Source of the DNA: Casimicrobiaceae bacterium
Lineage (GTDB): Bacteria; Pseudomonadota; Gammaproteobacteria; Burkholderiales; Casimicrobiaceae
NCBI GenBank assembly: GCA_036393115.1
Contig: DASVWR010000075.1
Span: 11,774-75,773 of the forward strand
Length of the DNA: 64,000 bases
Direction: 5' to 3'
Position 1 is the stretch's first letter; each line of letters starts with the position of its first letter. Positions 56,333 through 64,000 of the stretch are shown here, in pieces. The notes beneath the pieces were generated by a model. That model had not been told where the DNA came from and made no database searches. It saw only the letters and a list, made by a program, of their open reading frames with translations. A program made the translations under genes and the position numbers.

Positions 56333-58210
56333 CTATGCCGTCGTCATGGGGGCGATCGCTGCCGCCGGTCCGCCGGCAGGCCCCAGACAGCGGCATTCGA
56401 TCGCCGGCTGCAGGAGGTCGATCCGCACGATGCCCACGCGGATCTTCGAACCTGGTATGCCGGTTGCGTCAGGCAGGCGCATGACGAGCGGCAGCCCGTC
56501 GAAGCGGACGAGCGTCTCGCGAATCACCGTCGCCGTGCACTCGGTGACCCCCTCCTGCAGCAGCCACCGCAGGCACCAGTAGTGCTCCATTCGATCCTGG
56601 AATTCGGCGTACTGCGAATAGGTCGTCTCGAAGTCCACGAGGGCCGCCTGGAACTCGCCATCCTGCGCCGCGTAGGGCGCTCGCTCGCCGCGCAGCCACG
56701 CGATCAGCTGGCGCTGGTTGACGAGATCGCAGAAGCGGCGCAGCGGCGAACTCGCCCACAGATAATGCGACAGCCCGAGCCCCTGATGCTCGCCGGCGCG
56801 CGTGCTCATCTTCACCTTGCCCGCCGACTGGACGCGGTACATCGCCGGATAACCGGCCTCGGCGAGCAACCGGCCCCAGCGGTGGTTGACGTGGATCATC
56901 AGCTCCGCGACGAGGCGATCGACGGGGCTGCCACGAGGACGCGGAACGATCGCCACGCGTCCCCGCTCGCCGGCCCCCTCGGCGCTCCAATCGACGTCGA
57001 AACTGTAATCGATGCGGTCGGTGTCGACCTTGCCGCGCGCTTCGTAGAGGCGGCTCGCGAAGCGCCACAGCGTCGCGAGGTCGCGCTCGACCGGCGACGT
57101 GGCCACCGCGCGATCGGTGAACGATTCGTCGATCGCATCGAGGCGCAGATTCGCCGCGATCGGCACGCGCTCGAGCGCCGTGCGCTCGCCGACCGTGGCG
57201 CCGGTGCTGTCGAGCTCGACATACAGCGAAAGCGCCGGCGGCGAGCGCCCCGCAGCCAGCGTGAAGACGTCGACGGCCTCGGCCGGCAGCATCGTGAGCT
57301 TGCGCCCCGGCAGGTAGACCGTCGACAGCCGCCGCCGCGCGATCGCGTCGAGCGCCGTGCCGCGCTCGATCGCGAGCGCGGGGCAGGCGATGTGAATGCC
57401 GATCTCGCAGCGGCCGTCGCCGAGGTCGCGCACCGAGAAGGCGTCGTCGATTTCGGTCGTCGTGGCTTCGTCGATCGACAGCGCGGCGACCGGCGCCTCT
57501 CGAAGTTCGGGGAGCGCGGGCAGCGCGCTCCACGGCGGGAACGCAGTGCCCTCGGGAAAGGCCTCGAGCTCGAAGCGCCGGAAGTGAAAGTCGAAGCTCG
57601 ACGCGATCGCTCCGCAGGCTTTGATCAGCGCAAGCGGGCTCGTGCGCGCAGCGTCGCAGGCCGCGGCGAGCGCTTTCCATTCCGGAGCATTGCGATCGGG
57701 CCGGTAGAGGAGCATGTCGAGCTTCGCCGCGAGCGCGTCGGGAAGACGCCGCGCCGCGAGCTCGTCGGCCCAGGCCGCGATGTCACGCGCCTCGCGCTCC
57801 TTGCGCGCGACCGATGCGAGCGCGGCCGCGAGCGCGTCGGGCGGCGCCTTGCGGTAGCGGCCGCGCCCTTTGCGGTAGAAGTACATCGGTGCGGCGGCGA
57901 GCGACAGCGCGATCGAGGCCGATTCGGGCGCCGCCGGTGTCGCTCCGTAGTACTCGCGCGCGAGATCAATGAAGCCGAACTCGTCGTCGCCCGACGCCTC
58001 CCACAGGAAGCCGATATCGACGCCGCGCGCGAGCTCGTGCGCGCGCGCGATCGTCTCGGCGGCGGAAGGTGACGCGAAGCGCAGCAGCACGTGCGCCGCT
58101 TTTACCTTGTGACGCTTGCCGGAAACGGCCTCGACCTGGAGCGACGTGTCGTTGTCGGCGAGGAGCGTCCCCGCCTTCAACTGGCCGTCATCCTCGAACA
58201 GCACGTTCAT
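56333..58210 (-). CDS. RNB-domain exoribonuclease (RNase II family)
   Basis: 625 aa. RNB motif I is LSIDEATTTEIDDAFSV, followed by STVYLPGRKLTMLP and HQGLGLSHYLWASSPLRRFCDLVNQRQL. Confidence 0.8.
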   Translation of the reverse strand: MNVLFEDDGQLKAGTLLADNDTSLQVEAVSGKRHKVKAAHVLLRFASPSAAETIARAHELARGVDIGFLWEASGDDEFGFIDLAREYYGATPAAPESASIALSLAAAPMYFYRKGRGRYRKAPPDALAAALASVARKEREARDIAAWADELAARRLPDALAAKLDMLLYRPDRNAPEWKALAAACDAARTSPLALIKACGAIASSFDFHFRRFELEAFPEGTAFPPWSALPALPELREAPVAALSIDEATTTEIDDAFSVRDLGDGRCEIGIHIACPALAIERGTALDAIARRRLSTVYLPGRKLTMLPAEAVDVFTLAAGRSPPALSLYVELDSTGATVGERTALERVPIAANLRLDAIDESFTDRAVATSPVERDLATLWRFASRLYEARGKVDTDRIDYSFDVDWSAEGAGERGRVAIVPRPRGSPVDRLVAELMIHVNHRWGRLLAEAGYPAMYRVQSAGKVKMSTRAGEHQGLGLSHYLWASSPLRRFCDLVNQRQLIAWLRGERAPYAAQDGEFQAALVDFETTYSQYAEFQDRMEHYWCLRWLLQEGVTECTATVIRETLVRFDGLPLVMRLPDATGIPGSKIRVGIVRIDLLQPAIECRCLGPAGGPAAAIAPMTTA

Positions 58211-58347
58211 GTCGATCGCCGTCGGTCGTGCGCGGGGCGCCGATTATAGCCGCGGCATGCGCCTAGAATGCGTCTCGCGGACGCCGCGCCGCGGCGCCGC
58301 AGCCAGCGGGTCGGCCGCGGCGAGCGAATCGACGCACGGGAGAGACG

Positions 58348-59361
58348 ATGCAATTCCGTCGACTGGGAGCGAGCGGACTCGAGGTATCGATCATCTGCCT
58401 CGGGACGATGATGTTCGGCGATCGCACGACCGAAGCCGACGCGCGCGAGATCGTTGCCGCCGCGCACGACGCCGGCGTCAACTTCATCGACACTGCCGAC
58501 GTTTACGCGAACGGCGCCGCGGAGACGATCACCGGAGCCGCCATCCGCAAGGAAAGACCGCGGTGGATCGTCGCCACCAAGGTTGCCAATCCGATGACGG
58601 GCGAGGAGAACGCACCGCCGCGCACCGGGGGCCTGTCGCGGCGCTGGATCTTTCAGGCCTGCGACGCGAGTCTTGCGCGCCTGTCCTGCGACTGGATCGA
58701 CATCTACTATCTGCACCGCGACGATCCGGCGACGCCGATCGCCGAGACCGTCGCCGCGATCGGCGACTTGATCCGCAGCGGCAGGATCCGCTACTTCGGC
58801 CTCTCCAACTATCGCGGCTGGCGCATCGCCGAAGTGATTCGCTGGTGCGATCGCCTGTCGGTGCCACGCCCCGTCGTCTGCCAGCCCTACTACAACCTGC
58901 TGAACCGGATGCCCGAGGTCGAGATCCTTCCCGCCTGCGATCACTTCGGCATCGGCGTCGCCACCTATTCGCCGCTCGCGCGCGGAGTGCTCACCGGGAA
59001 GTATGCCGGCGCGACCGTTCCCGACGACTCGCGCGCGGCGCGCAAGGACCGGCGGATGATGCAGACCGAGTTTCGGAGCGAATCGTTCGCGATCGCGACG
59101 CGGCTCGCCGAGCACGCCGGCGCGACCGGCCGCAGCCCGGTGCAGTTCGCGCTCGCGTGGCTTTGGGCGAATCCGATCCTCTCGTCGGTGATCGCCGGGC
59201 CGCGCACCCTCGAGCAGTGGCGGCTCTACGTCGACGCGATCGGCACGGCGTGGACGAGCGACGACGAGGCGCTCGTCGATTTGCTGGTGGCGCCTGGTCA
59301 TCCGTCGACGCCGGGCTACAACGACCCCGCGTATCCGTTCTACGGGCGCCGGCGACGCTAG
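58348..59361 (+). CDS. Aldo/keto reductase
   Basis: 337 aa. MQFRRLGASGLEVSIICLGTMMFG...NFIDTADVYANG...IDIYYLHRDD...IRYFGLSNY (catalytic D/Y/K/H tetrad context). Confidence 0.88.
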   Translation: MQFRRLGASGLEVSIICLGTMMFGDRTTEADAREIVAAAHDAGVNFIDTADVYANGAAETITGAAIRKERPRWIVATKVANPMTGEENAPPRTGGLSRRWIFQACDASLARLSCDWIDIYYLHRDDPATPIAETVAAIGDLIRSGRIRYFGLSNYRGWRIAEVIRWCDRLSVPRPVVCQPYYNLLNRMPEVEILPACDHFGIGVATYSPLARGVLTGKYAGATVPDDSRAARKDRRMMQTEFRSESFAIATRLAEHAGATGRSPVQFALAWLWANPILSSVIAGPRTLEQWRLYVDAIGTAWTSDDEALVDLLVAPGHPSTPGYNDPAYPFYGRRRR

Positions 59362-59368
59362 CGCGCGT

Positions 59369-59956
59369 CTATTGCTTGCCTGCGGTCGCGGGTGCGCCGC
59401 TTCCCGGCGCGTCCAGCGCTTTGATGATGTCGCCGGTGATGTCGACCGAGCTGCCGACCCAGAGCGCGTCCTGCAGGATCAGGTCGTAGTGATTGGCCCT
59501 GGCGTAGCCGGTGATGACCTCGTCGAGCCGTCCCTTCAGCTTGTCGAGCTCCTCGAACTGGCGCGCACGCAGGTCCTCGTTGAACTGCTCGCGCAGCCGC
59601 TGGACGTCGCGGCTGCGCAGGTCGAGTGCACGCTCGCGCGAAGCGCGCTCGTCGTCGGAGAGCGTCGCGCGATCGCGCTCGTAGGCCGCCTGCGCATCGC
59701 GAAGCGCCTGTTCCTGCTTGCTGATCGTCGCATCGCGCGGCTTGAATTCGCGCTCGATGCGGTCGTGCGCGGCCTTCGCCGCCTGCGACTGTTGCAGGAT
59801 CCGGTCGACGTGCAGCACGCCGATCTTGTACGACTCGGCGTGCGCCGGGGCGACGGTGCCGAGCGCGAGGACGAGCCCCGTCGCTGCGACGGCCAACGCA
59901 GAACGGAGGCGGGGCGAGCGGCGGCGCATCGCGCTTCGACCGGGCGCCGAAGTCAT
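59369..59956 (-). CDS. OmpH/Skp-family periplasmic chaperone paralog
   Basis: The ATG at 59956 overlaps the upstream gene's stop (ATGA). A signal peptide ends AHA and is followed by ESYKIGVLHVDRILQQSQAAKAAHDRIEREFKPRD...LRARQFEELDKL, the coiled-coil pattern typical of Skp. An alternative ATG is at 59929. Confidence 0.7.
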   Translation of the reverse strand: MTSAPGRSAMRRRSPRLRSALAVAATGLVLALGTVAPAHAESYKIGVLHVDRILQQSQAAKAAHDRIEREFKPRDATISKQEQALRDAQAAYERDRATLSDDERASRERALDLRSRDVQRLREQFNEDLRARQFEELDKLKGRLDEVITGYARANHYDLILQDALWVGSSVDITGDIIKALDAPGSGAPATAGKQ

Positions 59957-60900
59957 CGGTTCACCACTCTCAACGGATTCGCCGCAGCACCGGGGCCGGC
60001 GCTCGCTGCGTCGTTCGCCACCCCGTGCGGAACGTGGCCCGCCGGAACGTGCGCCGCGGCCGACTCGACGTGCCGCTGCTGGTCGTCGAAGTAGATGTCG
60101 GCGCCGAAGGCGCGCAGGAACTCGCCCTTGTCGAGACCGCCGAGAAACAGCGCCTCGTCGATGCGGATGTTCCACGCCCGCAGCGTGCGGATCACGCGCT
60201 CGTGCGCCGGCGCGCCGCGCGCAGTGACGAGCGCCGTGCGGATCGGGCTCGTCTCCTCGGGAAATTCGGCCTGGATCCGGTGCAGCGCGGCGAGAAATTC
60301 CTTGAACGGCCCGCCGGAAAGCGGTGTCGCGGCGGCGTTGCGCTCGCTCTCGCTGAACGCGGCGAGGCCTTCCGACTGGTAGATGCGCTCGGCCTCGTCC
60401 GAGAAAAGCACCGCATCGCCGTCGAAGGCGATGCGAAGCTCGTCGCTGTCGTTCGTCGGCACCGACGGGAAGATCGTCGCCGCAGCGTAACCGTCCTCGA
60501 GCGCTCGCCGCACGTCTCCGGTGTCGGCCGACAGGAACAGGTGTGCGCCGAAAGCCGGCACGTAGCGCGAAGTCGACTCGCCGCGCGTGAACGCAGCACG
60601 GGTGATCGCGAGGCCGTAGTGCTTGATCGAATTGAACACGCGCAGCCCGGTATCGGCGCTGTTCCGCGACAGCAGGATCACCTCGACGTACTGCCGCGGC
60701 GGACGATTGAGGCGCAGGAGCTTCGTCACGAGGCCAAACGCCGGCCCGGGTGCCAGCACCTCGTCTTCATGCTCGATCTGGAAGCGCTGGTACGCCTCGA
60801 CGCCGCTCTCGACGTAGATGCGGTGACTTTCGGCGAGATCGAACAGCGCGCGCGAGCTGATCGCCACGACCAGCTTGTCGGCGAGCGTCGGCGCAGTCAT
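59953..60900 (-). CDS. 5'-nucleotidase family protein (cytosolic 5'-nucleotidase IA-like, HAD fold)
   Basis: 315 aa. LVVAISSRALFDLAESHRIY...LRIAFDGDAVLFSDEAERIY...TALVTARGAPAHERVIRTLRAWNIRIDEALFLGGLDKGEFL...DIYFDDQ. Confidence 0.7.
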   Translation of the reverse strand: MTAPTLADKLVVAISSRALFDLAESHRIYVESGVEAYQRFQIEHEDEVLAPGPAFGLVTKLLRLNRPPRQYVEVILLSRNSADTGLRVFNSIKHYGLAITRAAFTRGESTSRYVPAFGAHLFLSADTGDVRRALEDGYAAATIFPSVPTNDSDELRIAFDGDAVLFSDEAERIYQSEGLAAFSESERNAAATPLSGGPFKEFLAALHRIQAEFPEETSPIRTALVTARGAPAHERVIRTLRAWNIRIDEALFLGGLDKGEFLRAFGADIYFDDQQRHVESAAAHVPAGHVPHGVANDAASAGPGAAANPLRVVNR

Positions 60901-60924
60901 TCGCGCAGTCTACCGCGCCCGCTC

Positions 60925-61000
60925 CGGCGCGCACCCGGGCCGGTGCACCCCGGAGCGGTACACCCCGGGACGCGTGTCCCCCGGGGCGGTGCACCCTTGG
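60925..61000. repeat. Five degenerate ~15-nt tandem units carrying GGTGCACC-type palindromes
   Basis: The units are cggcgcgcacccgggc, cggtgcaccccggag, cggtacaccccggga, cgcgtgtcccccgggg and cggtgcacccttgg. GGTGCACC occurs at 60942-49 and 60988-95, and GGTACACC at 60957-64. The array lies between the rocD stop and the 5'-nucleotidase start. Confidence 0.65.
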
Positions 61001-61010
61001 CGCAGCGGCG

Positions 61011-62294
61011 TCAGGCGGCGCGTTTCAGCTCGCTCTCGAGCTCGCGGAACAGCGCGCGGATCTGCGACACCGCCCAGGCGAGATCGTCGCGCGGGATGTT
61101 GAGCGGCGGCGCGATGCGCACGACCGTCCCGTGCGTGTCCTTCGACAGGATGCCGCGCGCGAGCAGGCGATCGACGACCGGTCGCGCGGTGACGTAGCGC
61201 GCGTCGACCTCGATGCCGACGAAGAGCCCGCGCCCGCGCACGTCGCGCACGATGTGACTTCTGAGGTCGGCGAGCTCGCCCAGTAGCCACGCGCCGAGTT
61301 CGGCCGAGCGCTCGACGAGCTTCTCGTCCTGCAGCACGTCGAGCGCGGCCGTCGCCACGGCTGCCGCGAGCGGATTGCCGCCGAACGTGCTGCCGTGGTC
61401 GCCCGGGTTGAAGACCTGCATCAGGTCATCGGTGCCGACCACCGCCGACACCGGCAACAGCCCGCCGCCAAGCGCCTTGCCGAGGATCACCGCGTCGGGC
61501 TTGATCCCCTCGTGCTCACAGGCGAGCAGGCGGCCGGTGCGGCCGAGCCCGGTCTGGATCTCGTCGCAGATCATCAGCACGCGGTGACGCCGGCAGATTT
61601 CGAGACAGCGCGCGAGGTATCCGGGCGGCGGCACGATGATGCCGCCCTCGCCCTGGATCGGCTCGACGAGGAACGCCGCGGTGCGCGGCGTGATCGCGCG
61701 CTCGAGCGCGTCGGCGTCGCCGTAGGGAATCGTCGACAGCCCCGGAGGGAACGGACCGAATCCGTCGCGGTATTGCGGCTCGGTCGACAGCCCGATGACG
61801 GCAATCGTGCGGCCGTGGAAGTTTCCCTGGCAGCCGATGATCTCGGCGCGACCCTCGGGAATGCCCTTGATCTTGTGACCCCACTTGCGCGCGGCCTTCA
61901 GCGCGGTCTCGACCGCCTCGGCGCCGCCGTTGGCGGGCAGCACGCGCGGCAGCCCGGTCAGCTTCACCAGGCGCTCGAACAGGTACGGCAGCTCGTCGTT
62001 GAAGTAGGCGCGCGACGTAACTCCGAGCTGCTGTGCCTGCGCGATCAGCGCGGCGACGATGCGCGGATGACTGTGTCCGAAGCTGACCGCCGAGTAGGCG
62101 CTCATGAGGTCGAGGTAGCGGCGCCCGTCGACATCCGACACCCAGCTCCCCTGGCCGCGCGTCAGCACCACGGGCAGCGGGTCGTAGTTGTTGGCGCCGA
62201 AAGCCTTCTCGCGACCGACGAGGTCGGCAGCGACATCGGACAGCGGGTGGTTGCGGGTGGCCGCTTCGCGGCCGGCACGGGTTTCGTTGCTCAT
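61011..62294 (-). CDS. rocD: Ornithine--oxo-acid aminotransferase (class III PLP aminotransferase)
   Basis: The ATG at 62294 has GAGGAG 6 nt upstream. FGANNYDPLPVVLTRGQGSWVSDVDGRRYLDLMSAYSAVSFGHSHPRIV, DEIQTGLGRTG, the PLP-Lys context ILGKALGGG, and STFGGNPLA. Confidence 0.85.
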   Translation of the reverse strand: MSNETRAGREAATRNHPLSDVAADLVGREKAFGANNYDPLPVVLTRGQGSWVSDVDGRRYLDLMSAYSAVSFGHSHPRIVAALIAQAQQLGVTSRAYFNDELPYLFERLVKLTGLPRVLPANGGAEAVETALKAARKWGHKIKGIPEGRAEIIGCQGNFHGRTIAVIGLSTEPQYRDGFGPFPPGLSTIPYGDADALERAITPRTAAFLVEPIQGEGGIIVPPPGYLARCLEICRRHRVLMICDEIQTGLGRTGRLLACEHEGIKPDAVILGKALGGGLLPVSAVVGTDDLMQVFNPGDHGSTFGGNPLAAAVATAALDVLQDEKLVERSAELGAWLLGELADLRSHIVRDVRGRGLFVGIEVDARYVTARPVVDRLLARGILSKDTHGTVVRIAPPLNIPRDDLAWAVSQIRALFRELESELKRAA

Positions 62295-62590
62295 TGCGGA
62301 CTCCTCGTCGAGGCGAGTCGCCGCGGCCACGAAAACCGATCAGGGATCTGCGCGCGCGGGCGGCCCGCAGGCGTCGTCGGGCTTATGGCCCCGACGCCGG
62401 GTTGCGGTGTGATTCGTAGCAAGGCTCTGCCAAATCACGCTGGAGAGGATAACTCAGATGGTCGATTCCAGCTAGTTGCACCGCACAAAACGTTCGCTTT
62501 ACCGGAGATCCGGTGCCCTCGCGATGGGCCCTCTGATTTCGACTTATCGTGATGCGCAGCACCATTCCTGACGAGCGGTCGGATTTCGAC

Positions 62591-62624
62591 ACGAAAACGC
62601 CCTTGCGCGCAGGGCTGCGCGCAT
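62591..62624 (-). terminator. Probable rho-independent terminator of mpl
   Basis: The minus strand reads TGCGCGCAGCCCTGCGCGCAAGGGCGTTTTCG. Either the GCCCT/AGGGC stem or the duplicated self-complementary TGCGCGCA octamers can form a stem, followed by GTTTTCGT. Confidence 0.45.
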
Positions 62625-62661
62625 CGCAGCTTCCCCACCGCTAGCCGGCGCGGCGCATCGT

Positions 62662-64000
62662 TCAAATGGGATGCGTCCCGGGTTTGCCGAGCGCGTGCAG
62701 CAGCCGCTCCTGCACGCCGCCGAAGCCGCCGTTCGACATGATGACGATGCGGTCGCCTGGCCGCGCCTCGTCGACGACGGCGGCGACGAGCGCGTCGAGC
62801 GTCAGATGCACCGCGGCGCGCGGGCCGAGCGGTGCGAGGGCTGCGCCGGCGTCCCAGCCCAGCCCGGCCGCGAAGCAGTGCACCCGGTCGGCCGGCGCAA
62901 GGCTCGCCGCCAGCCTTTCCTTCATCGTCCCGAGCTTCATCGTGTTCGAGCGCGGCTCCACCACGGCGAGGATGCGCCCGCGCGGCTCGGCCTCTCGCAG
63001 CGCGGCGAGCGTGCTCGCGATCGCGGTCGGATGGTGGGCGAAATCGTCGTACAGCGTGACTCCGCGGACTTCACCGCGAAACTCGAGGCGCCGGCGCACG
63101 CCGCGGAACGTGGCCAGCGCGCCAAGGCTCGTCGCGACCGGCACCCCGGCGTGATGGGCCGCCGCGAGGGCGGCGAGCGCGTTGAGGCGATTGTGATGCC
63201 CCGGCTGGGGGAACCGCATTGTTCCCACGTAATCGCCGGCAAAGCCGACCTCGCCGGTTTCGGAGACTGCCCACGACCGCCCCGGAGCGTCGAAATGCTC
63301 GACCGCAGCCCAGCATCCGCGCGCCAGCACGCGCTCGAGCGCGGCATCGCCGGCTCGGACGATAACCTTGCCCGTGCCGGGGACCGTGCGCAGAAGATGG
63401 TGGAATTGCGTCTCGATCGCTGCGAGATCCGGGAAGATGTCTGCATGATCGTATTCGAGGTTGTTGAGGACGAGAGTCCGCGGCCCGTAGTGGACGAACT
63501 TCGAGCGCTTGTCGAAGAACGCCGTATCGTATTCGTCGGCCTCGATGACGAAGTAGTGGCTCCCGGTCGAGCGCGCGGACACGCCGAAATCGGCCGGCAC
63601 GCCGCCGATCAGGAAGTCGGGGACGAGGCCCGCGGCATCGAGGACGTGCGCGAGCATCGACGCCGTCGTCGTCTTTCCATGCGTCCCCGCGACAGCGAGC
63701 ACCCACTTACCAACCAGAATCTCGTCATGGAGCCATTGGGGGCCCGAGCGATAAGACAATCCGCGATCGAGAATCGCTTCCATCAGCGGATTGCCGCGCG
63801 ACACGACGTTGCCAACGACGAAGAGATCGGCACCTCGGGCGAGCGACTCGAGCTGCGCAGGATCGTAGCCATCGGCCATCGCGATGCCGAGGCCTTCGAG
63901 TTGCGTCGACATCGGTGGATAGACGTGCGCATCGCAGCCGGTCACCGTATGTCCGTTCGCGCACGCTATCGCCGCGATGCCGCCCATGAACGTGCCGCAG
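62662..64000 (-). CDS. mpl: UDP-N-acetylmuramate:L-alanyl-gamma-D-glutamyl-meso-diaminopimelate ligase; N-terminus beyond the window
   Basis: The reading frame continues to the window edge (...CGTFMGGIAAIACANGHTVTGCDAHVYPPMSTQLE). P-loop AGTHGKTTTASML and Mur ligase middle and C-terminal domains are present. Confidence 0.9.
   Translation of the reverse strand, partial: CGTFMGGIAAIACANGHTVTGCDAHVYPPMSTQLEGLGIAMADGYDPAQLESLARGADLFVVGNVVSRGNPLMEAILDRGLSYRSGPQWLHDEILVGKWVLAVAGTHGKTTTASMLAHVLDAAGLVPDFLIGGVPADFGVSARSTGSHYFVIEADEYDTAFFDKRSKFVHYGPRTLVLNNLEYDHADIFPDLAAIETQFHHLLRTVPGTGKVIVRAGDAALERVLARGCWAAVEHFDAPGRSWAVSETGEVGFAGDYVGTMRFPQPGHHNRLNALAALAAAHHAGVPVATSLGALATFRGVRRRLEFRGEVRGVTLYDDFAHHPTAIASTLAALREAEPRGRILAVVEPRSNTMKLGTMKERLAASLAPADRVHCFAAGLGWDAGAALAPLGPRAAVHLTLDALVAAVVDEARPGDRIVIMSNGGFGGVQERLLHALGKPGTHPI

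Noticed and set aside
60925-61000. CRISPR-like or coding interpretation of the 15-nt tandem repeats.
   Set aside because: The units are contiguous without spacers, far shorter than CRISPR repeats, and there are no cas genes. The small ORFs across the array (60875..61102 +, 60910..61290 -) are Arg/Pro/Gly junk.
62418-62432. Sigma54-like promoter TGGCAGAGCCTTGCT on the minus strand upstream of rocD.
   Set aside because: The spacing between the GG and GC dinucleotides is one nucleotide shorter than the canonical TGGCAC-N5-TTGC, and sigma54 spacing is normally strict. No enhancer-binding protein gene is nearby.
62383-62665. Small ORFs of 69 aa (62383..62592, -) and 76 aa (62435..62665, -) in the mpl-rocD spacer.
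   Set aside because: They have no RBS and an atypical composition. One overlaps the predicted mpl terminator and mpl stop region. This more likely reflects regulatory or leader sequence.
1-64000. Search for defense systems, toxin-antitoxin pairs, prophage, integrases, secretion systems, tRNA/rRNA genes and CRISPR arrays.
   Set aside because: No ORF shows the relevant signatures: nucleases with partner ATPases, small overlapping TA-size gene pairs of unknown function, recombinases or cas genes. No intergenic region has tRNA-like cloverleaf potential. The window looks like core chromosome.

Overview
This is a very GC-rich, densely packed chromosomal segment with about 61 protein-coding genes. 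There are many 4-nt ATGA/GTGA start/stop overlaps. I found no rRNA, tRNA, CRISPR array, transposase, integrase or phage genes. Gene order (dusB-fis-purH, nadD-rsfS-rlmH-maf-rng, pepP-ubiH, waaC-waaA) suggests a betaproteobacterium of Burkholderiales/Rhodocyclales type; that assignment is inference only.

Content from left to right:
- LPS core genes (GT2, waaC, waaA), then tolC and pcm.
- A ybiH-ybhGFSR-like TetR/HlyD/ABC-2 exporter.
- An RND pump with its adaptor.
- A five-gene Liv-type branched-chain amino acid ABC importer.
- An LpxD-like acyltransferase plus glycosyltransferase pair.
- purH-pagP-purD-hemF followed by a NUDIX-acylphosphatase fusion.
- fis, dusB, ubiH and pepP.
- 5-formyl-THF cyclo-ligase coupled to an MFS transporter.
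- A stand-alone aceE followed by a secreted-looking hydrolase, rpiA and proA.
- A DUF808 gene.
- An IclR/ABC/formimidoylglutamase cluster.
- nadD-rsfS-rlmH-maf-rng.
- ECF sigma/anti-sigma followed by an LpxO-like hydroxylase, a GNAT and a DSD1-type enzyme.
- mtgA, a TonB-like protein, an RNB nuclease and an aldo/keto reductase.
- A 5'-nucleotidase/Skp pair, rocD and mpl.

Most long ORFs in the six-frame track that lie opposite these genes are antisense shadows typical of high-GC DNA.

I do not see a convincing self-contained novel system such as a defense island, toxin-antitoxin pair or secretion apparatus. The points most worth follow-up are:
- Envelope and lipid A remodelling genes in unusual contexts: pagP inside a pur cluster, the LpxO-like gene behind an ECF sigma/anti-sigma pair, and an LpxD paralog with a glycosyltransferase.
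- A NUDIX-acylphosphatase fusion.
- A 176-nt imperfect palindromic element between two efflux operons.
- REP-like inverted repeats bracketing the DUF808 gene.
- A 15-nt tandem array carrying GGTGCACC palindromes.

All coordinates and motifs were read by eye from the sequence. No database search was possible.
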